Origin: a virus
Lineage: Duplodnaviria; Caudoviricetes
Reading direction: 5' to 3' (one strand)
Length of the DNA stretch: 64,000 nucleotides
Virus record (IMG/VR): IMGVR_UViG_3300021960_000017
Both the position numbers and the translations under genes were made by a program. The notes below the pieces were generated by a model, which saw only the letters and a program-made list of their open reading frames with translations, was not told the origin of the DNA and did not search any database. Numbering within the stretch: the first letter of the stretch is position 1; each line of letters begins with the position of its first letter. Positions 9,614 to 16,986 of this stretch are shown here, piece after piece.

Positions 9614-9751
9614 ATGTCTAAACTGTATCGTAAAGCACGTAACACTGTTGCTACAAACCTTTTTATCAAAAATAGCCCGTATAAGCCACGAGTTGTTCAA
9701 AACAAAAAAGCCTATTCACGTAAAAAAAAGCACCGGGGGGAGGGCGAATAA
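9614..9751 (+). CDS. Small basic protein, ArfA-like (not in ORF track)
   Basis: 45 aa MSKLYRKARNTVATNLFIKNSPYKPRVVQNKKAYSRKKKHRGEGE; SD GAGGAG; TAATG coupling to the next gene. Confidence 0.6.
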   Translation: MSKLYRKARNTVATNLFIKNSPYKPRVVQNKKAYSRKKKHRGEGE

Positions 9752-10176
9752 TGTCCAGCCTTAACAGACTACAGAAGTTTGTTCAGCGCAATGACATGTA
9801 TGAGCGTAGGTTTGAGGCTAGCCAAGAACTAGCACTAGAAGCATATGACATGCTCAATCAGTATGTGTTTGATAACGGATTAGACCCCTGTCCTATTACG
9901 GTGCGACGCACAAGAGGGTATTGGGGTCTATGCGACGGCCGCATTGTGGACGACGAATGCCGTGTAAAGGAAATTACCCTTACCAAACGGTATCCATTTA
10001 AAGCGATGTTCATTAACACTCTAGCACATGAAATGGTGCATCAGTTTCAGTGGGAAGTATTAAGCAACGAGCGCATGGAACAGGGCAAAGCACCTATTAT
10101 GAGCCATGGCCCTAGTTTTTATTGCTGGAAACCTGCCCTAAAAGAATACAATATTATATTGACTCGAGAGTACTAA
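9751..10176 (+). CDS. SprT-like metalloprotease domain protein
   Basis: TLAHEMVH and SHGPSF. Confidence 0.8.
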   Translation: MSSLNRLQKFVQRNDMYERRFEASQELALEAYDMLNQYVFDNGLDPCPITVRRTRGYWGLCDGRIVDDECRVKEITLTKRYPFKAMFINTLAHEMVHQFQWEVLSNERMEQGKAPIMSHGPSFYCWKPALKEYNIILTREY

Positions 10177-10197
10177 TACTAGTATTATTAACAATAC

Positions 10198-10272
10198 GGC
10201 CCCATCGTCTAGCGGTTAGGACGCTGGCCTTTCACGCCGGAAACACGGGTTCGATTCCCGTTGGGGTCACCA
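10198..10272 (+). tRNA. tRNA-Glu(UUC)
   Basis: CTGGC-CTTTCAC-GCCGG anticodon arm, GTTCGA, CCA. Confidence 0.95.
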
Positions 10273-10286
10273 ATTCAGGTATTGTT

Positions 10287-10541
10287 ATGAGCGAATTTAA
10301 ACTTGGTATATTTAGACTATTAAAACGCATCATAGGTGGCAGCAGTGTCCTCCTTGCAGTTGTTTATACCATAGGACATATTTTTATTGCCATGCTCTGC
10401 AACAATTTAATTACTGGAGCAGAGTTTACACTAGCAGCACTAGATGCGATTATAGAGCCCTGCATTAACGGTGTATGGTTTTATGTTCTCCATAAATTAT
10501 GGAGATCATTTTATAAAGATGCTACTGTATTCGAAAAATAA
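10287..10541 (+). CDS. DUF2061-like small membrane protein
   Basis: YTIGHIFIA...IIEPCINGVWFYVLHKLW pattern. Confidence 0.6.
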   Translation: MSEFKLGIFRLLKRIIGGSSVLLAVVYTIGHIFIAMLCNNLITGAEFTLAALDAIIEPCINGVWFYVLHKLWRSFYKDATVFEK

Positions 10542-10549
10542 ATATTTGC

Positions 10550-11104
10550 ATGATTGGCTTACGAACTCTAGTCCTCAGCGCAAACTATATGCCGGTGAGT
10601 ATATTTCCACTGCATACTGTACCTGTAGAAGATGCTATAACAAGAATTTTTAACGGCAACATGCATGCCGTGTTTAATTACGATCGCAAAATTGGACACC
10701 CATTGCTAGATATGTACTGGCCCAGTGTAGTTGCTCGTAACAAGAGCACCCGCATAAAAGAGAGTGTCAGGTTTGCTAGAGACACTGTGTATTACAGAGA
10801 CCATGGCATTTGTCAGTACTGTGAAACTCCACTTGATATAAAGGAAACTACATATGATCATGTTATTCCCCGCAGTCGTGGTGGCGAGCATGTCTGGGAG
10901 AATGTAGTTATGAGTTGCCGTAGTTGTAACACTGCAAAGGGAAATAAGATGCCCCGGGATACCTTTGTTCCACGGCAAAGACCGTTTAAGCCTACCTATT
11001 GGCAGTTGTTAAACAATCGTCGTAAATTTCCTATCATGCTTGATCACCCTAGTTGGGTGAATTTCTTTGGCGATTGGGAAGCAGAGATATTAATATCAAA
11101 ATGA
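10550..11104 (+). CDS. HNH endonuclease
   Basis: RDHGICQYC, DHVIPRSRGG, ENVVMSCRSCN. Confidence 0.9.
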   Translation: MIGLRTLVLSANYMPVSIFPLHTVPVEDAITRIFNGNMHAVFNYDRKIGHPLLDMYWPSVVARNKSTRIKESVRFARDTVYYRDHGICQYCETPLDIKETTYDHVIPRSRGGEHVWENVVMSCRSCNTAKGNKMPRDTFVPRQRPFKPTYWQLLNNRRKFPIMLDHPSWVNFFGDWEAEILISK

Positions 11105-12552
11105 AATTTGAATGTTTAGAAAACATCAATGATGAAACACGCGATGTTGTTATAGTCACAGTTCCATGGACTGACAGTAGTATTCCACTAATGGCACCAG
11201 CACAACTTAAACCTATTGTTGAAAGTGCTGGCATGAGTTGCTTGGCAACCGATATAAATGCTGAAGTGTTTAGATGGACACAGACACACGAGAACGTTAC
11301 TCCGTTATTGGATTTTTTCTTTAATGAAAAATTAAGTGATGTTGTTAAAGATGACTTGTTTAATTTATTTAAAAATATAGCAGAGCAAATACTCGCTTGG
11401 AAGCCCAAGATAGTTGGACTTAGTTTGTTCAGTTATGTTTGTCAAACAAGTGCAAAATGGATATCATGGTTTATAAAAAAAATAGATCCCAATGTAAAAA
11501 TTATTATTGGTGGCGCAGGATGTCTTCCAACTTTTACAGGCCCTAGTGAGTTTGCAAAAAACACAATCGCAGCAGGATTAGTTGACTACCATATCCGTGG
11601 TGATGGTGAGCATGCACTATATCAATTTCTAATAGATAACAAACAATACATTGGAATCAATAGCCTTGAATGGCGTGAATTGTCTATAGATGAGATGCGA
11701 CAATTGCCAATGCCAGATTATGATAATTATAAATTTGATGTGTATAATAAAAAAGCGTTACCGTTAGTTGGTAGTCGTGGCTGTGTACGAAAATGTACAT
11801 TCTGTGATTATATTGCTAATTGGAAAAAATTTAATTGGCGAATGGCTGATGATATTTTTGCTGAAATGCAGAGTCAATATAAAAAATATGGGATACGATA
11901 TTTTAAGTTTCAAGACAGTTTAACAAACGGAAATATGAAAGAGTTTACAAAACTAACCCAATTGCTTAGTGAATACAATAGGACAAATCCTAATGAAAGT
12001 TTTAGGTGGAGTGGGTACTATATTTTTAGAGAACACAATGCAAATACTGCAAACGAATGGAAATTGGTATATGAAAGTGGTGCTGAAAATTTAGCAGTTG
12101 GCATTGAAAATCTTAATCAACGTATACGCTTTAATATTGGTAAAAAATTTAGTAATGAAGCCATTGATGTACACTTATCCTATGCAAAGAAATATAACAT
12201 TACTTTGCAGTTATTAAACATTGTTGGTTATGTAGATGAAACTCAAGACGATATAGACTATATTAAACAATGGTTGGTTAACCATGTTGAATACAAAGAC
12301 ACCTTGTTTATACAATGGGGAGGCACTTTAGGCATCTTTCCTAATACCTGGTTAGAACGCAATTTTGATAATCTAGGTATAGAAAAAATAGACGAATCGC
12401 CACAAGGATGGATAAACAAAAGTATAGACAGTACACCAGCAAAAAGAGCACAATGGGCAAAAGATCTAAATGAATTAAGCACTAGTTTAGGGTATAAAGT
12501 TGCTGATAACCTTGACAATCATTATCTTTTAGAGTTATTGATAAATGACTAA
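11101..12552 (+). CDS. B12-binding radical SAM enzyme
   Basis: N-terminal VGLS...IIIGG cobalamin-binding domain; SRGCVRKCTFC CxxxCxxC. Confidence 0.85.
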   Translation: MKFECLENINDETRDVVIVTVPWTDSSIPLMAPAQLKPIVESAGMSCLATDINAEVFRWTQTHENVTPLLDFFFNEKLSDVVKDDLFNLFKNIAEQILAWKPKIVGLSLFSYVCQTSAKWISWFIKKIDPNVKIIIGGAGCLPTFTGPSEFAKNTIAAGLVDYHIRGDGEHALYQFLIDNKQYIGINSLEWRELSIDEMRQLPMPDYDNYKFDVYNKKALPLVGSRGCVRKCTFCDYIANWKKFNWRMADDIFAEMQSQYKKYGIRYFKFQDSLTNGNMKEFTKLTQLLSEYNRTNPNESFRWSGYYIFREHNANTANEWKLVYESGAENLAVGIENLNQRIRFNIGKKFSNEAIDVHLSYAKKYNITLQLLNIVGYVDETQDDIDYIKQWLVNHVEYKDTLFIQWGGTLGIFPNTWLERNFDNLGIEKIDESPQGWINKSIDSTPAKRAQWAKDLNELSTSLGYKVADNLDNHYLLELLIND

Positions 12553-12967
12553 TTTCAATGAATGTAAAGTTAAAATTATTTTCAAATATCACAGTTGTAA
12601 TAACAAACTTATGACTGTATTAGTCGATGATATACTTCTCAAACCATCTGATGATAATTATGCCATTTTTGAAAAAGAGATAAATTTGCCAACAGAACTA
12701 GTTATAAAAACTGCTGGCAAGAATCACAAATACGATACAAAAATTGATGCGGCAGGGAACATATACGAGGATCTGGCTGTACAAATAGAAAGTATATCGC
12801 TGGACTCGTTTGAATTATCTGATGTGTATCTTCATCAAAAAATAAAAATTTTAACCGAATCTGGAGATGAATATACTACAAGTTATTTTGGATTCAATGG
12901 CACTATAATGTTAAATTTTTCAGAAAGCAATGTCTTTTCACAAGTTTTAAAGGAAAACACACAATGA
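12545..12967 (+). CDS. Hypothetical protein
   Basis: Coupled ORF; FGFNG C-terminal motif resembles 53381..53839 (LSWNG). Confidence 0.7.
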   Translation: MTNFNECKVKIIFKYHSCNNKLMTVLVDDILLKPSDDNYAIFEKEINLPTELVIKTAGKNHKYDTKIDAAGNIYEDLAVQIESISLDSFELSDVYLHQKIKILTESGDEYTTSYFGFNGTIMLNFSESNVFSQVLKENTQ

Positions 12968-13755
12968 ATAAAAATATATTAATTAGTGGATGTTCGTTGG
13001 CAATGGGATATGGTCTTCCTGAAACTAGAAATAATCCAAAAAATTGGCCTAATCAAGTAGTAAATACAATTTACCCGGAAGCACACATAACCAATATTGC
13101 AGAGCCTGGGTACAACAACGACACAATATTTCTCAAAACATCAGAAGAACTTTTAAAAAACAAATATGATTGTGTTATTGTAGAATGGTCAGAAACTACA
13201 CGGTTAAATTTTAACATAGGATTAGAAATATATAATACATTATCTAGGGTTGCTAATGACCATGACTTTAATTTAGTAAATGGACAAACAATTAAAGCAG
13301 ACTGGTTGTATAAAAATATTAAACAAAATATAGTTAGAATTTCTAACGATCATTGGTTCATTTTGAACATGGTAAGATATTTAAATATCTTAATCAGATT
13401 ACAAAAGCCACATGGTGAAATATTTTTTGTAAACGGCGGCGGCCATTGGCCTGACAATTATTTTAATAGACAGAAGTCCTGGTTCGATGCTGATGATGCT
13501 TATACAAAAAAAGAAATCCTACAAATGGATTTCAGAGATGATGAAGATATAGCAAAACTTTATAACAAAATACATGATGATTATGAAAATGCTGGCGGAA
13601 TCCATGAAGATCTTTGGCTTAATTTATATTGGTCATTGCATAGATCAAAAATAGATACAATATCTGATACAGATCTGCATCCAGGATTATTATCGCAAGA
13701 TAAATTTGCCAAAGAGTTTATTTTAAAAATTCAAAATATTTACCAAAATATTTGA
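12964..13755 (+). CDS. SGNH/GDSL-hydrolase-like hypothetical protein
   Basis: ISGCSLAMG, PGYNND, DLHPG. Confidence 0.5.
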   Translation: MNKNILISGCSLAMGYGLPETRNNPKNWPNQVVNTIYPEAHITNIAEPGYNNDTIFLKTSEELLKNKYDCVIVEWSETTRLNFNIGLEIYNTLSRVANDHDFNLVNGQTIKADWLYKNIKQNIVRISNDHWFILNMVRYLNILIRLQKPHGEIFFVNGGGHWPDNYFNRQKSWFDADDAYTKKEILQMDFRDDEDIAKLYNKIHDDYENAGGIHEDLWLNLYWSLHRSKIDTISDTDLHPGLLSQDKFAKEFILKIQNIYQNI

Positions 13756-13780
13756 CAGGTAGTAAATAATATAGTATTAT
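13752..13780 (+). promoter_or_regulatory. sigma70-type promoter for tRNA-Thr
   Basis: TTGACA-17-TATTAT about 9 nt before the tRNA. Confidence 0.65.
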
Positions 13781-13789
13781 TATAACAAT

Positions 13790-13865
13790 GCTGGCGTAGC
13801 TCAGTTGGTAGAGCAGGGGTTTTGTAAACCTCAGGTCCGCGGTTCAAGTCCGTGTGCCAGCACCA
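13790..13865 (+). tRNA. tRNA-Thr(UGU)
   Basis: GGGGT-TTTGTAA-ACCTC anticodon arm, GTTCAA, CCA. Confidence 0.95.
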
Positions 13866-13891
13866 CTTTTTTAACTTAATAGGCTTGTACT

Positions 13892-14095
13892 ATGGAAGAT
13901 GTAGTAAAAGGTGAGTTAGGCGACCTTATGGACGATAACGATTGGGCTATTATCTTTGACAAAGAAGGTAATGTTAGAGGTCTTTTTATTCCTGACGGAA
14001 TGCCTAATGGTGCAGTAGTTCCTGAAAACATTCTTAAAATTTTAGAAGAGGTTGGGATAGGTGAAGATGACTTTGCAGACCCTGTTGTGCACTGA
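13892..14095 (+). CDS. Hypothetical acidic protein
   Basis: ORF track. Confidence 0.6.
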   Translation: MEDVVKGELGDLMDDNDWAIIFDKEGNVRGLFIPDGMPNGAVVPENILKILEEVGIGEDDFADPVVH

Positions 14096-14535
14096 TGCGT
14101 AAAATTGTTCTTGCTTTTTTAGCATTATTTTTTATTAGTACTACTCCTGGATACAGTTTTGAAGTTATGGGTAGTAAGCGTGTGCCAACTGTTGTTCCAA
14201 GAGATACCTACCTTAGAGATCCACAATATGTAAGTGCTCCAGTCGTTAGTGCAGATCGTGCTTATGAAGTAACTTACTTTGATCAAATGGGGCATATTTG
14301 TGCTCATGAGCAAGTTCCTATTAACCCTGTAGACTATAGAAACTTTTGGGACCAATTGTTTAATCCCAGAGGCCCTGTATATACCGAGCCACAGTACAAC
14401 TGTTATGATACAGCAGAAAGACAAGAGCAACGAGTCTTTGTAGGGTATATGGTTACATTTGAATATCTTGGCGAATACTATACTAAACTAGTAGACTATC
14501 GCCCAGGAAAATATATTAGAGTTTTAATAAAATAG
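14095..14535 (+). CDS. Hypothetical exported protein
   Basis: N-terminal signal peptide. Confidence 0.65.
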   Translation: MRKIVLAFLALFFISTTPGYSFEVMGSKRVPTVVPRDTYLRDPQYVSAPVVSADRAYEVTYFDQMGHICAHEQVPINPVDYRNFWDQLFNPRGPVYTEPQYNCYDTAERQEQRVFVGYMVTFEYLGEYYTKLVDYRPGKYIRVLIK

Positions 14536-14536
14536 G

Positions 14537-14564
14537 TTGACGCATTCATAAAATTTGCTATAAT
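14537..14564 (+). promoter_or_regulatory. Early sigma70-type promoter
   Basis: TTGACG-16-TATAAT, extended -10 TGC. Confidence 0.7.
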
Positions 14565-14597
14565 AGGTATATTGTTAAAAACAAACATGGAAGGACC

Positions 14598-14780
14598 ATG
14601 ACGATGTTAGCGAATGATTTGGATTATGCAGCGAATGAGGCAATTCATGGCTTGCAACTTAACTGGAATGATGCAGTAAAGTTTGTTTGCCGTAATGCAA
14701 AAGTTGACCAGCGTGAGGCATCAAAAGCCCTAGAGTCTATTTTAACTGGTTACAAGCGGAAAGAATACGCAATTGACTAG
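14598..14780 (+). CDS. Hypothetical protein
   Basis: ORF with SD AAGGA. Confidence 0.6.
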   Translation: MTMLANDLDYAANEAIHGLQLNWNDAVKFVCRNAKVDQREASKALESILTGYKRKEYAID

Positions 14781-15006
14781 TCTTGATAATGTTATCAATG
14801 CACGGGTTGACTTTTTAGCCCGTGCAGTAATAGCAAAAATCGAAAGAATTTTAGACAAGCATGGAGATCTAGATAGATACGATGTCTATTGTGAATGGTA
14901 TGAAGACGATGCTACAGAGGATGATATTGAAATATGGCTACGTGATCGCAGCGATGATAGCCGTATCGGTCCTCTTGATCTTGCGTCCATGATGAGTAAA
15001 CAATAA
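14773..15006 (+). CDS. Hypothetical protein
   Basis: ORF overlapping the previous stop. Confidence 0.5.
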   Translation: MTSLDNVINARVDFLARAVIAKIERILDKHGDLDRYDVYCEWYEDDATEDDIEIWLRDRSDDSRIGPLDLASMMSKQ

Positions 15007-15016
15007 GAGTTAAATT

Positions 15017-15108
15017 GGATGGTTACCCAAGAGGCTGAAGGGGCGGGATTGCTAATCCTGTAGGGCGGTTTTGCTGTCGCGAGAGTTCGAATCTCTCACC
15101 ATCCGCCA
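15017..15108 (+). tRNA. tRNA-Ser(GCU)
   Basis: CGGGA-TTGCTAA-TCCTG anticodon arm, long variable arm, CCA. Confidence 0.93.
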
Positions 15109-15116
15109 TATTTTGA

Positions 15117-15191
15117 GCGGGCATCGTATAATGGCCATTACGTGGCGTTGCCAACGCTAGGATAGGAGTTCGATTCTCCTTGCCCGCTCCA
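15117..15191 (+). tRNA. tRNA-Gly(GCC)
   Basis: TGGCG-TTGCCAA-CGCTA anticodon arm, GTTCGA, CCA. Confidence 0.93.
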
Positions 15192-15196
15192 AAAAA

Positions 15197-15238
15197 ATTG
15201 GTTAGACTGCTAAATAAAATATAGGAGGTCTAACCAAT
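15197..15238 (+). promoter_or_regulatory. Translation-blocking hairpin with a late-promoter motif in its loop
   Basis: ATTGGTTAGAC / GTCTAACCAAT perfect 11-bp stem covering the spacer and the AT of the ATG; TAAATA and AGGAG in the loop. Confidence 0.7.
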
Positions 15239-15668
15239 GCCAAAGAGTAATTGTTTAAATTGTAATAAGGAAATTCATTACAATCCCAGCCAAAGAAGGG
15301 GATTATATTGTTCTAATGTTTGTCAACAAGAGTATCGTATAAACGAAGCAGTTGCCACTGGAACTTATACTAAAGCAAACGGATATAGTTGGTTCAAGAA
15401 GAATACAAAATATGAATGTAGTTGTTGCGGCATAAGTGAATGGCAAGGTAAAGAACTTCGTTTACAGATAGATCATATTGACGGCAACAATAAGAACAAT
15501 GTAATAGAAAACTTTAGATACCTTTGTCCTAACTGTCATACACAGACAGAAACATGGGGTGTCAAAAGTGCTAGTGATGAAGGTAAACAAAGAATTAAAG
15601 AGGCAGCCAAACTAGGGAGAGCAATACAACTTGGTAGGGTGCCAGAAGGAACAAAATTGGGGGTGTAG
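15237..15668 (+). CDS. HNH homing endonuclease inside the tRNA cluster
   Basis: CLNC...YCSNVC zinc knuckle; CSCCG, LQIDHIDG, NFRYLCPNCH. Confidence 0.85.
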   Translation: MPKSNCLNCNKEIHYNPSQRRGLYCSNVCQQEYRINEAVATGTYTKANGYSWFKKNTKYECSCCGISEWQGKELRLQIDHIDGNNKNNVIENFRYLCPNCHTQTETWGVKSASDEGKQRIKEAAKLGRAIQLGRVPEGTKLGV

Positions 15669-15735
15669 CTCAGTTGGTCAGAGCGCGAGCCTGTCACGTT
15701 CGAGGTCGCGGGTTCGAGCCCCGTCACTCCCGCCA
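15659..15735 (+). tRNA. tRNA-Asp(GUC)
   Basis: CGAGC-CTGTCAC-GTTCG anticodon arm, GTTCGA, CCA; first 10 nt overlap the HNH ORF end. Confidence 0.95.
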
Positions 15736-15883
15736 GTTAGTTAAGGGATCACCGCCTAATAGGTGCACGACAGGCAACTGTTAGCCTGAGGATCAAAAAA
15801 AGTTGAAAATAATATTGACTTAACAAGTAAGTTAATATAGACTTTAAAATGTAGTAACAATCGATTACAAAAAGGAGATATCA

Positions 15884-16147
15884 ATGACGACTACAGTATC
15901 AACCAAGCAGGACCGCGTTCTTGCCGCTCTTCGTAACGGTGAAGAACTCACCGGCAAGCAAATTCGTGCTCGCTTTGGCGTTGGCAATCCACGTGCCACC
16001 GTTTCAGCACTTCGCATGAAGGGCTTTGCTATCTATGCTAACGAGCGTACCGATAGCAAGGGCCGTACCAAGAGCTTTTATCGCCTTGGCACACCAAGCC
16101 GCGCAGTAGTTGCTGCTGGTTATCGTGCACTTGCTGCTAGCAAGTGA
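15884..16147 (+). CDS. Helix-turn-helix DNA-binding protein
   Basis: VLAALRNGEELTGKQIRARFGVGNPRATVSALR; SD AAGGAG. Confidence 0.75.
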   Translation: MTTTVSTKQDRVLAALRNGEELTGKQIRARFGVGNPRATVSALRMKGFAIYANERTDSKGRTKSFYRLGTPSRAVVAAGYRALAASK

Positions 16148-16169
16148 TCACAAATAACTGTAACTTGTG

Positions 16170-16205
16170 GGAGAAGGGGGCTTTATGTCCCCTTCTCCTT
16201 TTTTT
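16170..16205 (+). terminator. Rho-independent terminator
   Basis: GGAGAAGGGG / CCCCTTCTCC stem followed by T7. Confidence 0.85.
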
Positions 16206-16224
16206 GTATGTATAAATAACACTG

Positions 16225-16455
16225 ATGCCCAAAACAGACTTTACAGAATATGCCGGTTTAGTTACCAAGGTTGTACCCGGCGGTAAATTTTTAGTGAATT
16301 TACAGATAGATGAAAAAACCGTACACCCAATAACCGCTCATCTTAGCGGAAAAATGCGTATGCATAAGATAAACGTATTGGAGGGAGATCAGGTTACTGT
16401 GGAGGTATCTCCATATGATGTTACACAGGGCAGGATCACTTACAGAAAAAAATGA
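16225..16455 (+). CDS. infA: Translation initiation factor IF-1
   Basis: AHLSGKMRMHKINVLEGDQVTVEVSPYDVTQGRITYR. Confidence 0.92.
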   Translation: MPKTDFTEYAGLVTKVVPGGKFLVNLQIDEKTVHPITAHLSGKMRMHKINVLEGDQVTVEVSPYDVTQGRITYRKK

Positions 16456-16637
16456 ATAAAGACACACAGTTTGTTTGTAAAAAAACTAATAGAATTTACG
16501 GATACGAAAATTGTACTAGCTTCGTAGATCCAGATTTTGTGCCCGGTTGCGGATGCGTAGGATACTGTATGGAAAGCAAAGAAGAACTACAAAAACGTGA
16601 GCAAAAAGTAGAACAAGCAATTAGGGCTTTAAGTTAA
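16452..16637 (+). CDS. Hypothetical small Cys-containing protein
   Basis: ATGA overlap with infA. Confidence 0.55.
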   Translation: MNKDTQFVCKKTNRIYGYENCTSFVDPDFVPGCGCVGYCMESKEELQKREQKVEQAIRALS

Positions 16638-16638
16638 T

Positions 16639-16959
16639 ATGAATACTATTAAACTTACGGATAGTGCCAAAGGATATCTAGTTCAGATAACAAAAAAAGA
16701 AAACAAACCCTATGTGTCACTAGCAATTAAGGGCGGCGGGTGCAGTGGATTTCAATATGTTTGGGGATTGTCAGCTGATTATCCTGACGTAACATGGAGC
16801 GATCCAATTGACGACTGCCTTGTTGTAGATCCTATGGCAGAGTTAATGCTGTTTGGGTGCACTATCGATTATGTAACTGAACTTGGTGGTAGTTTTCTAA
16901 AAGTAATAAATCCAAACGCAACTGCATCCTGCGGTTGTGGGGAAAGTTTTAGCGTATAA
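16639..16959 (+). CDS. iscA: HesB/IscA family Fe-S cluster assembly protein
   Basis: GGGCSGFQY and CGCGESF. Confidence 0.9.
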   Translation: MNTIKLTDSAKGYLVQITKKENKPYVSLAIKGGGCSGFQYVWGLSADYPDVTWSDPIDDCLVVDPMAELMLFGCTIDYVTELGGSFLKVINPNATASCGCGESFSV

Positions 16960-16986
16960 TTCTAATAAATACCATAAACACAAGGA

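Noticed and set aside
10122-10286. N-terminal extension of the DUF2061-like ORF
   Set aside because: Runs through tRNA-Glu; the ATG at 10287 is the plausible start
15536-15727. Minus-strand ORF MTGLEPATSNVTGSRSDQLSY
   Set aside because: It is the antisense reading of tRNA-Asp
15820-15835. TTAAC-N6-GTTAA inverted repeat as operator of the HTH gene
   Set aside because: Short, AT-rich and seen once; expected by chance
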